64,000 nucleotides of DNA from NCBI GenBank assembly GCA_019057865.1, contig JAHLWP010000011.1:1-64000 (forward strand), given 5' to 3'. Positions 1 to 9,945 of the stretch are shown piece after piece. The notes beneath the pieces were generated by a model. It had not been told where the DNA came from. It searched no databases and worked only from the letters and a program-made list of their open reading frames with translations. The translations under genes were made by a program, and so were the position numbers. The first letter of the stretch is position 1. The number at the start of each line of letters is the position of its first letter. The DNA is from Promethearchaeota archaeon. GTDB taxonomy: Archaea > Asgardarchaeota > Lokiarchaeia > Sigyniarchaeales > SOKP01.

Positions 1-258
1 CAGTGGCCTCAGGGAGATTGGGCGGATCCTGAAGATCTAGCTGGTGAGGAAATATCGGAGATTCCAATTCCAGATGATTGGGTTGAGGTTGTAGAGGAAC
101 CAGATCAAGAACCTGAAAATATTCCTGAACTAGACCCTGATCAGTGGCCTCAGGGAGATTGGGCGGATCCTGAAGATCTAGCTGGTGAGGAAATATATCC
201 AATACCAATTCCAGATGATTGGGTTGAAATAGTAGAAGAAACTGATCAAGAGCCCATA
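1..258 (+). repeat. 141-bp (47-aa) acidic tandem repeat, ~1.8 copies visible
   Basis: cagtggcctcagggagattgggcggatcctgaagatctagctggtgaggaaata occurs identically at 1 and 142. Unit: QWPQGDWADPEDLAGEEISEIPIPDDWVEVVEEPDQEPENIPELDPD. Confidence 0.95.
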
Positions 259-2883
259 GAAAGTCCAATACAAGAAGAGAATCAAGAAAAAGAAGAGATT
301 ATAGTTTATGCTACTAGTGAAAACTCTTCTTCTGATTTTTTAGAACTAAAAAATTTTATTGCTGAAATAGCTACCCAAGAGAAATCGCAGGATATTCAAA
401 AATCATTAGAAATAACAACAGAAAATCAGGAATCGAAGCGGGAATTAAATAGTAAAAAAGACGAGAAAGAAGCAAATAAGGAATTAAAAGAAACTAAGGA
501 AAAAGATTTTATCACAAATAAAGAGACAAATGAAATTAAAGCAGAGATTAAAAAAAAAGAAGATAAAAGCTCAGAAATTCAAAACGAAAAGACACAGGAA
601 ATCTCTAAAGAACTTAAAGAAAAATATAAAGAACAAACAGGAAGACGACCTATATATGCAGGAAAGATTACTAAAGGTTTTGAAGAATGGTTAAAGGAAC
701 AACAGGAATCCGAAAAAGAAAATCAAGAAAAGGATGAGCAAGAGGAAATCAAAGAAGATTGGGAAATTCTGTTAGAAAAATGGATAAATGATGCTGATGA
801 AAATGAAATTTCGAAAGAAGTTAAAGATGAATTGATTGAAATAATCAAGAACTATCGAGAAGTTAGAAAAATCGAAAAATTATTAATGGCATTATTAGCA
901 AAATCCAATCCTACTGAAGAAATGCTTATTGAAATTGAGAAGTTGATAGAAAAAGTATATGAATTAACAAATAATCAAGAAGAATTATTCATTACTTTTG
1001 AGAGATTTAAAGCTTTCTATAATAAGACTGCTAAAGATCGCATTACTGAACAAAAAGTAAGATTTATAAAGCATCTCGCTCAAAAATTAAGAAGACTTAA
1101 AGATGTAGCTAATGATGAAAACGCTCTTCTTAACTATAATTGGAAGGCATTTATAAAAGCAAATATAGACTTAATAAAGGAATTGAACGAAAATGATAAA
1201 GAATTAGTTTCTAAAATCATTAATAAGGCAGATATCTCTAAAGAAGAAAGAAGAAAACTTATATCTATTTTAACTAAACTCGATACTGAACAATTAATTA
1301 AAATTTTTGGTGAAACTTTTAAACATCATACTAAAAATTATATAAAATGGGGTTGGGATTTTGATAGGGGAGTCAAGAGATTGATGTTAAATGCCTTTTT
1401 AAAACCTGATTTAGAGAATATAACTTATAATAAAGAAGTTATACAAGTTGAAAAATCAAATAATTTAAGTTTTAACCGAAGAATTTTTGAATATCTCTCA
1501 AATAGAAACAAAGAAATTGAAGATGGAACATACATACCAAGGTTTAATGATTTCAAATCCTTACCTGATTTTAAAAATCTAACAAGAAAGAACTTTAATA
1601 CAATAAGGAATAAATGGTTCAATGAGAATCTAAATATAAATTTTAAAGATTATATTTCTAAATTACAACCTTCTTTAAAAAGCAAATTATTTGATTATTT
1701 AAACAGAAAGCTAAAAGAAATCCAAGAGGGAATATATATTCCTCTTTATAAAGATTTAAAAAAGGACCGACAGTTTAGAGATATTAATGAAAAGTCTTTT
1801 AATCGTATAAGGAGAGATTGGTATATTGAAAATATCGGTAAGAATTTTTCATCATATCATCCTTCCTTAATAAAGAAAATTTTTAATTATTTGTCCCAAA
1901 AAATAGATGAAATTAGGGAAGGGACCTATATTCCAATGTATCAGGATTTTATCAATATACCTAAATTTAAAAATCTTAATGAAAAAACTTTTAGACACGC
2001 AAGATATCAATGGTATAAAAAGCATTTTAATAAGTCTTTTAATAAATATTCTTTACAATTTGAGTACACAATTAAAGCAAAATTGTATAATTATTTATTT
2101 TCAAGAAAAAAGCAAATTGAACAAAGAAAGTTCATTCCAAAATTAAATATTATTAAAAAAAATCAGTTATTTAGAGCATTATCTAACACAACAATCCTTG
2201 AAATAAGAGATGATTGGTATAAAGAGAATTTTGGAATTCCTTATTTAAAATATCATCCTTATTTTAAAGAATTATTATTCAATTTTCTTTCAAATCCAAA
2301 TATAATAAGTAAGATAAAACGTTGCAAATTTATTCCAAGATATAAATTTTTTAAAGAAATACCAGAATTTAGTGGTATGAGCTCATACACATTTATACAA
2401 ATTAGGCGTCAATGGTTCGAAGAACAATTTAATACTAAATTTATAAAATATTACACGAAAAAAACACGCCATAAAATTGAATTTTATAAATTTAGAGACA
2501 AATCATCATTTATACGCCCAAATTATAAGTCCAAACGTCATCGAACTCTTAAATTAATTATTCAACTAGGAAGGTGTTTACTAACTGGCAAACCCCTTAA
2601 AGCTAATTACGTAGATTTCCATCATATTGACTATGATCCAACAAATGATGATAAAAATAATATCGGTTTTATAGATCGATCAATTCATCAAAGTAAGGTT
2701 CATCCTCTGAATTTAAATATTACAAAAAAAATTTTAAAAAAAAATTTAATAGATCTTCTTAACGGAAAAATTCCTAAGATGTGGAGAAAAGAAGGTATTA
2801 ATTTAAGTAAATATGAAAAAAACAAACTTAGTAGAAGAAAAAAGTCAAATAATATTATAATTAAAAAATATAATGAATTATAA
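1..2883 (+). CDS. Large repeat-containing protein with C-terminal HNH endonuclease domain (5' end lies outside window)
   Basis: Frame 1 is open from base 1 (QWPQGDWADPEDL...) and in frame with the track ORF at 832, so it is at least 960 aa. It has acidic repeats, then five ~64-68-aa repeats, then the HNH-like motif GRCLLTG...DFHHIDYDPTNDDKNN...H. Confidence 0.75.
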   Translation, partial: QWPQGDWADPEDLAGEEISEIPIPDDWVEVVEEPDQEPENIPELDPDQWPQGDWADPEDLAGEEIYPIPIPDDWVEIVEETDQEPIESPIQEENQEKEEIIVYATSENSSSDFLELKNFIAEIATQEKSQDIQKSLEITTENQESKRELNSKKDEKEANKELKETKEKDFITNKETNEIKAEIKKKEDKSSEIQNEKTQEISKELKEKYKEQTGRRPIYAGKITKGFEEWLKEQQESEKENQEKDEQEEIKEDWEILLEKWINDADENEISKEVKDELIEIIKNYREVRKIEKLLMALLAKSNPTEEMLIEIEKLIEKVYELTNNQEELFITFERFKAFYNKTAKDRITEQKVRFIKHLAQKLRRLKDVANDENALLNYNWKAFIKANIDLIKELNENDKELVSKIINKADISKEERRKLISILTKLDTEQLIKIFGETFKHHTKNYIKWGWDFDRGVKRLMLNAFLKPDLENITYNKEVIQVEKSNNLSFNRRIFEYLSNRNKEIEDGTYIPRFNDFKSLPDFKNLTRKNFNTIRNKWFNENLNINFKDYISKLQPSLKSKLFDYLNRKLKEIQEGIYIPLYKDLKKDRQFRDINEKSFNRIRRDWYIENIGKNFSSYHPSLIKKIFNYLSQKIDEIREGTYIPMYQDFINIPKFKNLNEKTFRHARYQWYKKHFNKSFNKYSLQFEYTIKAKLYNYLFSRKKQIEQRKFIPKLNIIKKNQLFRALSNTTILEIRDDWYKENFGIPYLKYHPYFKELLFNFLSNPNIISKIKRCKFIPRYKFFKEIPEFSGMSSYTFIQIRRQWFEEQFNTKFIKYYTKKTRHKIEFYKFRDKSSFIRPNYKSKRHRTLKLIIQLGRCLLTGKPLKANYVDFHHIDYDPTNDDKNNIGFIDRSIHQSKVHPLNLNITKKILKKNLIDLLNGKIPKMWRKEGINLSKYEKNKLSRRKKSNNIIIKKYNEL
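1468..2455 (+). repeat. Five diverged tandem protein repeats (68/64/68/64/~66 aa)
   Basis: Units start at about 1468, 1672, 1864, 2068 and 2260. Consensus: S/T-x-K-x-K-[IL]F-x-YL-x5-EI-x-EG-x-[YF]IP...F-x2-[LI]...F-x2-IR-x2-W[FY]-x-EN-x3-F-x2-Y. Confidence 0.85.
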
Positions 2884-2902
2884 AAAAGTTGAAATATAAA
2901 TC

Positions 2903-3277
2903 ATGGAATTCCATAAGTATGCTAATAAATTCAAAAAAAACCAGAAGTTAAAAGAAAAAATTGAATACAATTCAAGAATTAGAGAATTAGTTAAAGCCGA
3001 TTTAAAATGGCAAAAATATTTCAATCATATCGAAAAAATATTTGAAAAAATCAAAACCATAACGCCCATTTTTTTTAATTTTGGGGAGGCTGGCTTTTAT
3101 TATAAAATATCAGTGGATTTAGAACTTATTTTTCATTTACGATTTGATGATAAAATATTTGAGTATGTTTTATTTTATCAAGGAGAACCAGAAGAATTTG
3201 GTGAGTCTTCCTATAATCAAACTGTTCAAGCAGATATCGAATATATTAAAGGAATTATAAATCTTTTTAGTCAATAA
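2903..3277 (+). CDS. Hypothetical protein; candidate immunity/partner of the upstream HNH protein
   Basis: 124-aa ORF 19 bp after the HNH gene. The role is inferred from position only. Confidence 0.6.
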   Translation: MEFHKYANKFKKNQKLKEKIEYNSRIRELVKADLKWQKYFNHIEKIFEKIKTITPIFFNFGEAGFYYKISVDLELIFHLRFDDKIFEYVLFYQGEPEEFGESSYNQTVQADIEYIKGIINLFSQ

Positions 3278-3437
3278 TTTTTAAAAGATATTTTTAATCA
3301 GTAATAAATTTAAAGAAATCTTAAATTTAATAAAATCGATAAAGCAAACTCATTCATCAAAAAATATTAAAGGAAATAATAAATATTCTTATTTAACATA
3401 ATTTTAAAAAAAAAAAATTTTTCTTGGCGTTTTTTAT

Positions 3438-4667
3438 ATGATGTTTGATGAAGAAACCTTACGACGCATCAGATATCTTCACTTCTCAATTAAGAAAATA
3501 GAGTTGGCATTAGAAAAAGAAGATGAACACTTTAACTTAGATGATATAAATTTCATTCTAGAATATACTAAAATATTGAATATTAACTACGGAAGCGAAA
3601 GTCATATAAGAATTTTAAAGGAACTAGATATAACCCCTATTTTTTATGATCCGATTGAGAATCAGGAAATTCAAATTCAAGATATAATGTTTGAGTGTGG
3701 AAGGGTATTATGGGTTATGGCAAGAGCTTATTCCCAACTTTCCGAAAATTTTGAAGAAGATGAAGAATGGGAAAATTCTCTTGTTGCTATGACCGAATGT
3801 AGCAAAATTTATAAAACAGCGGCATATTTTACTGCAGCAGCTATTTATCAAAATGAAAAAGGCATAACCTTATCTTCTGATAATCTTGAATTAAATTCTG
3901 AGGAAGCTAGAATTTTAGCTCAAAGCATCTCAGCCTTACAGGAAGAAAATAATAATAATATATACTTTGCTTCGAAATTATATTCAGGACTTTCTGCTTT
4001 ATCAAAACGTTTATTCTATTTAAAGAAGCATGAAGAGCAAAAAAAACAACAAATAAGAGCACAATTTCATTATGATATGGGGAAATCTTGCTCTCTTAAA
4101 GCAAAGGCATCATTAGAATCCTCACTCACAGATATAAATCAAGAAAAAGTCAGAAAACTACAACAAAAAGCACTATGGTATTTTATAAAAGCAAGAGATA
4201 TTTGGGAAAATATGCTTCAAAATCTTCCAACTTCAAGTGAAGAAAAAGAAAACATAGATTTAAATTTATCAATAGTAAAGGAGAATATTAAAGAGACTGA
4301 TGTGGAACAATTAGAGTATGAAGATATTAAAAAAATCCAAGATCCAGAACCTATAATTATAATTCCAGAGAATTTAGCCCCGTTTGTGCCAAAATCAACA
4401 ATTTATTTAACAAAATTCGTGCCAAAAGATTTGAATATAAAGAGGTTCAAATCTTTTCAAAGAAAAAAATTAGAACAAAAAATTCCATACAGTAAACGTG
4501 AAAAATTAGCAGATAAGAGAGCAGCAATAGTTAGAACAATAAACGAGTTAAAATTATTAAAAGAAAATAAAGAAATTGATGTTGAGAAGTTCGCTGAACT
4601 TATGGAAAAATACTCAATTAAATTAAACATGATTGAATCTGCTATAGAAAAATTAGCAAAAAAGTAG
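3438..4667 (+). CDS. Hypothetical alpha-helical (TPR-like) protein
   Basis: 409-aa ORF, Ala/Leu/Glu-rich helical pattern, no catalytic motif recognised. Confidence 0.7.
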   Translation: MMFDEETLRRIRYLHFSIKKIELALEKEDEHFNLDDINFILEYTKILNINYGSESHIRILKELDITPIFYDPIENQEIQIQDIMFECGRVLWVMARAYSQLSENFEEDEEWENSLVAMTECSKIYKTAAYFTAAAIYQNEKGITLSSDNLELNSEEARILAQSISALQEENNNNIYFASKLYSGLSALSKRLFYLKKHEEQKKQQIRAQFHYDMGKSCSLKAKASLESSLTDINQEKVRKLQQKALWYFIKARDIWENMLQNLPTSSEEKENIDLNLSIVKENIKETDVEQLEYEDIKKIQDPEPIIIIPENLAPFVPKSTIYLTKFVPKDLNIKRFKSFQRKKLEQKIPYSKREKLADKRAAIVRTINELKLLKENKEIDVEKFAELMEKYSIKLNMIESAIEKLAKK

Positions 4668-4687
4668 AACAATCTTATTATAAGTAA

Positions 4688-5032
4688 TTAAAAATCATCA
4701 ATCTCCCCGGGTATTGGTTTTTTTTCTTTTTCTATATATTTTTTCCGATTTTCTTCTATTTTAAAATCTCTCTGTGATTCTTCTAAGAATATAAGATCGT
4801 AAACTTCCTTTAACGCTACACAGATTAGCAATGCTTCTATAAGAGAAATCAGAACAGTCATCATTATTTCTAAATTAATTAAGTTTTTAAAGAAAAGTGA
4901 GATTAAGAAAAAGAAATGAGGAGTATAAAGAAGGATGACTATCCCTAATCTTTTACCAAATCTAATAATATTCTTATTCTCTAATTTAAAGACTTTTTCT
5001 AATCGAATAACTAGAATGTAATCTTTCTCCAA
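4688..5032 (-). CDS. Small membrane protein (2 TM)
   Basis: Two hydrophobic segments. Confidence 0.6.
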   Translation of the reverse strand: MEKDYILVIRLEKVFKLENKNIIRFGKRLGIVILLYTPHFFFLISLFFKNLINLEIMMTVLISLIEALLICVALKEVYDLIFLEESQRDFKIEENRKKYIEKEKKPIPGEIDDF

Positions 5033-5167
5033 ATTGTTTAATACAATTAAAACTTTAATTTTGATTTATATTTAAATCAAACCTTAAATCAAATAAAACT
5101 GCTTCTAATTAATATCATTTAATGATTAATTATGGTAATTTTTATTTTAAGGAACCTTTATCTAATT

Positions 5168-5455
5168 ATGTCTATCACAAAAGAGCAAATTGCACTATTA
5201 CTATATATTAAAAATATGCTTGCAGATTTAATCTATATTAATGGTGTAATCGCAACAGAATTAATTAAAGTAACAGAAAATACATCAGTAATTCGTCGTG
5301 GAGAAGAGTTTTTGAGTACAACTAATTGTCTAACAGAACATAAAGAATTAAACGAAAAAATAATTGAGATAGTTAAGAAATATAAAACTGATCCAAAAGA
5401 TTCTGAATGTTTAGAAAAACATACATTAACGCATTTGAAGAATTCAGAAAAATAA
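5168..5455 (+). CDS. Hypothetical protein
   Basis: Track ORF is 5132-5455; the ATG at 5168 (MSITKEQ) is the more likely start. Confidence 0.6.
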   Translation: MSITKEQIALLLYIKNMLADLIYINGVIATELIKVTENTSVIRRGEEFLSTTNCLTEHKELNEKIIEIVKKYKTDPKDSECLEKHTLTHLKNSEK

Positions 5456-5503
5456 ATTTTTATCTAAAAATTCAAATATTAACGATAGAGGGATAATAAG
5501 TTT

Positions 5504-5944
5504 ATGTCAAAGGATGATTTTGATGAATTTGTTAATAAACTTCAAAAAGATATTATTGACAAAGAGCTTAAGGATTATAATGAAAGAATTGTTGAACTAT
5601 ACCATAATCCGATAAATTGGGGTCAACCACCTGAAGAGGAAATAACTGAAACTCATGCTTATGAAGGTCCTTGTGGAGATACTATGCAATTTTTTTTAAA
5701 AATCAAAAATAATAAAATTGAAAAAGCTAATTTTATTACTGATGGATGTGGCGCTACTGTTGCATGTGGAAGTCAAACAACTATGCTAATCGAAGGGAGA
5801 TCGTTGGAATTTGCTGAGAATCTAAAATCAAAAGATATAGAGAAGGCTTTAAATGGTCTTCCAGAAGATCATAAACATTGTGCTGAACTAGCTAAAAGAA
5901 CTTTAAGAAGGTTGATTGAAAAATATAAATATAAAAAGAATTAA
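5504..5944 (+). CDS. iscU: IscU/NifU-family Fe-S cluster scaffold protein
   Basis: GPCGD, TDGCGA and HCA motifs: the three conserved Cys of the NifU N-terminal domain. Confidence 0.9.
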   Translation: MSKDDFDEFVNKLQKDIIDKELKDYNERIVELYHNPINWGQPPEEEITETHAYEGPCGDTMQFFLKIKNNKIEKANFITDGCGATVACGSQTTMLIEGRSLEFAENLKSKDIEKALNGLPEDHKHCAELAKRTLRRLIEKYKYKKN

Positions 5945-5953
5945 TCTTTTTTC

Positions 5954-6673
5954 ATGATGGAAGATATTATAATTGAAAATATTGATATTCCTGTAAATTC
6001 AGGTAATATCAATCTTAAAGGTTCAATATATTATACCTTAGATACTCCATCAAAAGCTCCTTTTATTGTGATTTTAGGGGGTCTAAGGGATCATAGAGAA
6101 ACTCCTTTTGTAAAATCTTATATTGAAAAATTTGCTAAAGCAGGATGTTATGTTCTATCCTATGATTATCGGGCTCATGGAGAAACTAAAAAACAGACAG
6201 GTTCAATATGGTATAAAATGGTATTACAAATATTTTCAGATATTCACTTAGTAATTGACTGGATTATAAAGAAACAATACAATAGGCTTTTGGAAGAAAA
6301 AATATTTTTATTTGGCAGAAGCATGGGAGGCGCAATAATATTAACCCATGGTTATACTGATCATAGAGTGAAGAGGAGCATAGCTCTCTGTACTAGATAT
6401 GATTATCATACAACTACAGTAAAGTTTCAAGAAGATATTATTAAAAAAATAAGTCCTAAATATTTTTTAAAAAAAGATCCTTTAAATAAAAGAATATTGA
6501 TCGCGCATTGCAAGGATGATCAAAGAATCCCATTTGAGAATTTTTTTCAAATAAAAAAACAACTTGGATTAAATGATGAAAATGCACTTGAGTTTGATAC
6601 TGGAGGACATTCTTTTAAAGGTCATCGAGAAGAGATTTTTAAATATTCTCTTGAATTTTTAAAGAAGTTATAA
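5954..6673 (+). CDS. Alpha/beta hydrolase
   Basis: YDYRAHGET, nucleophile elbow GRSMG, D..IP acid, GGH catalytic His. Confidence 0.85.
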   Translation: MMEDIIIENIDIPVNSGNINLKGSIYYTLDTPSKAPFIVILGGLRDHRETPFVKSYIEKFAKAGCYVLSYDYRAHGETKKQTGSIWYKMVLQIFSDIHLVIDWIIKKQYNRLLEEKIFLFGRSMGGAIILTHGYTDHRVKRSIALCTRYDYHTTTVKFQEDIIKKISPKYFLKKDPLNKRILIAHCKDDQRIPFENFFQIKKQLGLNDENALEFDTGGHSFKGHREEIFKYSLEFLKKL

Positions 6674-6727
6674 TAAAGAAAATTATAAATTAAATAATGA
6701 TGATATAAAATTAAAAGGTGAAATTAG

Positions 6728-7630
6728 ATGGAAAAGATCTTAATCGTAGGACCCGCATCTCAAATACTTGGAGTAAAAATCGCAAAAGAGTTAGGAATTG
6801 AGGCCATAAATACTGAAGTTAAGAAATTTCCAGATGGGGAAAACTACCTAAGAATTAATATTGAGGATGAAACAATAATAGCTGGAAAAGAAGTTATTAT
6901 TATTCAATCAACAGGACCTAGTTCGAATAATAATCAAAATGCCAGATTAATGGAACTTTTTATGATGATTAATTCTGTTAAGCGTATGGGCGCATCAAAA
7001 ATCATTGTTGTTGTACCCTATCTTGCATACACTCGCCAAGATAAAATATTTAGGCCAGGAGAAACTCAATTTGGTAATGTTATTATACATATTATTAATT
7101 CCTTAGGCATAGATGAATTTTATACTGTAGATGTTCACGCTCCAGTGATTTTAGAGAAATGTTCATGTAAAGCAATTAATATTGACTCAATGAAACTTCT
7201 GGCAGATAATATAAAAACTCTTGGAGCAGAAGATATCGTTGTAGTATCACCTGATAAGGGAGGAATTGAGAGATCAAGAGCTTTTGCAAAATATTTTGGA
7301 GAAAGTGTTCCTGTTGACGTGTTCGAGAAAAGTAGAGATGTAAAAACGGGTGAAATTAAGATGTCAGGAAAGTTGAGTCTTAAAGGTAAAGATGTTGTTA
7401 TTGCAGATGATATTATTGCAACAGGTGGTACTATGGCGACAGCAATTAAATTAGCTAGAGAAAGCGGAGCAAATAGAATTTATGCTGTAGCTACGCATGC
7501 ATTATTGTTAGAACAAGCTAAATATCGAATATTGAAAGCAGGCGCAGATAAAATAATTGGTACTGACTCGATTGATAATGAAGTAAGTACAGTTTCTTTA
7601 GCAAAAATAATTGTTGATTATTTAAAATAG
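6728..7630 (+). CDS. prs: Ribose-phosphate pyrophosphokinase
   Basis: FPDGE, PYLAYTRQD, SPDKGG and DDIIATGGT (PRPP-binding) motifs. Confidence 0.95.
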   Translation: MEKILIVGPASQILGVKIAKELGIEAINTEVKKFPDGENYLRINIEDETIIAGKEVIIIQSTGPSSNNNQNARLMELFMMINSVKRMGASKIIVVVPYLAYTRQDKIFRPGETQFGNVIIHIINSLGIDEFYTVDVHAPVILEKCSCKAINIDSMKLLADNIKTLGAEDIVVVSPDKGGIERSRAFAKYFGESVPVDVFEKSRDVKTGEIKMSGKLSLKGKDVVIADDIIATGGTMATAIKLARESGANRIYAVATHALLLEQAKYRILKAGADKIIGTDSIDNEVSTVSLAKIIVDYLK

Positions 7631-7642
7631 AGTATTTTTTCC

Positions 7643-8185
7643 TTAATAGTTATGAATTAAATCTAAAACTAATTTTCTAATTCTTTCTTTAAGATCTTCC
7701 TTAGTCGAATCATTTTTAATTGTGTAATCTGCATTATTTAAAACCTCTTCAAGACCAAATTCGATTTCTCTCTTATTTCTATCTTTTAAATCATCAATAC
7801 TTTTTGGATCATCACTTCGAGCTCTTTCAAAAAGTCTTTTAAACCTTCTTCTCTCTTCTAGAACTATAGCAATTATAGGAAATTTCCAGTGTTTTCGAAA
7901 AACATTTACTTCAGCCATAGATCTCAATCCGTCAATAAAAATAATGTTATTATTTTGCTTATTTATTAAGTCTACACATTTTTCAGCAATTATATTAGAA
8001 CCGTATTTTAACCTCAATTCCTTAGCAATTTTGCCTAAATTTTCACTAGTAGGTTCAAGCTTTCTTTTCTTTGCCTCATTTCTAATAATATCACCCATTA
8101 TAATGACAGATCCTAAATTTCTTATAGCATCTATCGCTGTACTTTTACCAGAACCGGGAAGACCGCAAATAGCTAGTACTTTCAT
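7643..8185 (-). CDS. P-loop nucleotide kinase (archaeal dephospho-CoA-kinase-like family)
   Basis: GLPGSGKST, MGDIIR, IDGLRS, RxRSDD, ADYTIKN. Confidence 0.85.
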   Translation of the reverse strand: MKVLAICGLPGSGKSTAIDAIRNLGSVIIMGDIIRNEAKKRKLEPTSENLGKIAKELRLKYGSNIIAEKCVDLINKQNNNIIFIDGLRSMAEVNVFRKHWKFPIIAIVLEERRRFKRLFERARSDDPKSIDDLKDRNKREIEFGLEEVLNNADYTIKNDSTKEDLKERIRKLVLDLIHNY

Positions 8186-8282
8186 TTTTAAAGAAATTAG
8201 ACATTAAAACAATTTATATATTAAATCTTTATTTAAATTCTATATAGAATAAGAAATAAAGTTTTAAAAAAAAAAGGAAATA

Positions 8283-9404
8283 ATGAAAAAGAAAAAGATA
8301 GATCCTTATTATTCACCTGCTCATTTGACATATAAAGCATACAGAAAAATTTGTGGTTATGCTATAAGATATGCAAATGAATATTTAGATGAGAGTAAAT
8401 GGCGTGAAGTATATGGTATCTTAATAGGATCAATAAAAAATGAAGCTGAAGTTATAATAAAAGATGCAATTCCAATGGTAGTTGGAGATAGAGCAGGTGT
8501 AAAATATGAAAATAAACAATACGTTGATATGGCACAAATTGATGCCTCAGTCTTTGAAAGATCTATCCAAGATAAAAGAAATGATTTTATAATTGGTTGG
8601 TGGCATACACATCCAGGTTTTGGGTTTTTTTATTCTCCAATTGATTGTATGACTCAATTAGGTTACCAAATCCCGAATCCTTACGCTCTTGGATTAGTCT
8701 TTGATCATTGTGAAAGAAAATCAGATTCACATTTTTTAGGAATAGCTGGGTTAAGATTAAAAGATCCAAATAGAGGTATTTCTTCTACTTATGATCTTAT
8801 CGAATTGAAATACGAGTTAAAGAAGGAAATAATGCTTAAAAATTCTGAAAAAGAAATAGATAAAATCAATAAAAACATGAATAAAGTAATAGATGAAGTT
8901 AATTATATTGATCAGATACTCCGTAAGAAAGCATTGGCTCAATTACAAAGAAATTTTGGATTAATTTTAGTACCTAAGGAAGATATTGTAGTGACTGATA
9001 ATGAACAAGAAGCTGGAGAGGATGAACGTTATCTATATGAGTGGGATCCTGCATTTTTCAAAAAATCATATCGAATTCCTAAATTTAGGGAAAAGTTAGA
9101 GAAGGTAATATCTGATATTTATGACGAGTTAGATGAATTAATCGAAAAGAATGAGCTTGAAAAATATAAGTTAAGAAAAGAAAAACTGCAAAAAAAAGTC
9201 CAAAATATGTTAAAAAAACCTAATGAATGGTACGAACGATTATTGAAAGATTTTTCTAAACGGATAGAAGTGATATTTCCCTATTATGACTACTTAGATA
9301 CTAATGAGAGAAAAATATTCGAATATTTTGAAGAAAGAAGTTCTGAGTATAATAAAATATTGGAAGAGTTAAATTCTCGAGTAGAACTAAATTTTCTCGC
9401 TTAA
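8283..9404 (+). CDS. JAB/MPN+ (JAMM) metalloprotease, Rpn11/CSN5-like, with C-terminal coiled coil
   Basis: EVYGIL...GWWHTHPGFGFFYSPID is a complete E..HxH-x7-S-x2-D JAMM motif. Confidence 0.85.
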   Translation: MKKKKIDPYYSPAHLTYKAYRKICGYAIRYANEYLDESKWREVYGILIGSIKNEAEVIIKDAIPMVVGDRAGVKYENKQYVDMAQIDASVFERSIQDKRNDFIIGWWHTHPGFGFFYSPIDCMTQLGYQIPNPYALGLVFDHCERKSDSHFLGIAGLRLKDPNRGISSTYDLIELKYELKKEIMLKNSEKEIDKINKNMNKVIDEVNYIDQILRKKALAQLQRNFGLILVPKEDIVVTDNEQEAGEDERYLYEWDPAFFKKSYRIPKFREKLEKVISDIYDELDELIEKNELEKYKLRKEKLQKKVQNMLKKPNEWYERLLKDFSKRIEVIFPYYDYLDTNERKIFEYFEERSSEYNKILEELNSRVELNFLA

Positions 9405-9620
9405 TTTATTTAAATTAATTTCTTGAAATATCTTAATTAGATATTAAGAACATTCGACATATTTAGTAATTTTTCAAATCTTATTTTGAAACTTAAATAT
9501 TTCGAGATCATATATCCAGTTTAAGAATTTAACAAAATTTTATATTAATTGGAGTATTAATTGATATATTATACTTCTTTTCAATTAATTAGAAAATATT
9601 TTTACCAATGATATTCTATC

Positions 9621-9941
9621 ATGGCAAATGAAACAACACTCATCATAAAGAATAGAGCTGAAAAAGAAAAAACAATAAAGGATGCGATTTTTGCATTATC
9701 GGGTGGGAAAAAAACCCTTTTGATAAAAGGAGAAGGAGAAGAAATTAGTACAGCCGTAGAAGTTGCAGAAATTCTTAAGCATCGAATGTATCCTAGTGTA
9801 GAAATCGCTAATGTGTCTTTAGGAAGCCGCCCATTTTTTAACAAAGGACAAAGAGGAAACTACAATAGAAAAAATAGAAATAATAAAAAAGATCTTATTT
9901 CTAAAATTGAAATTACGCTTAAAATGAAATCATATATTTAA
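9621..9941 (+). CDS. Alba-family DNA/RNA-binding protein
   Basis: IKGEGEEISTAVEVAEIL and ISKIEITL match the Alba pattern. Confidence 0.8.
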   Translation: MANETTLIIKNRAEKEKTIKDAIFALSGGKKTLLIKGEGEEISTAVEVAEILKHRMYPSVEIANVSLGSRPFFNKGQRGNYNRKNRNNKKDLISKIEITLKMKSYI

Positions 9942-9945
9942 TTCC

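Noticed and set aside
1-258. Repeat as a CRISPR array
   Set aside because: The 141-bp period is a multiple of 3, in frame, with conserved rather than unique spacer sequence.
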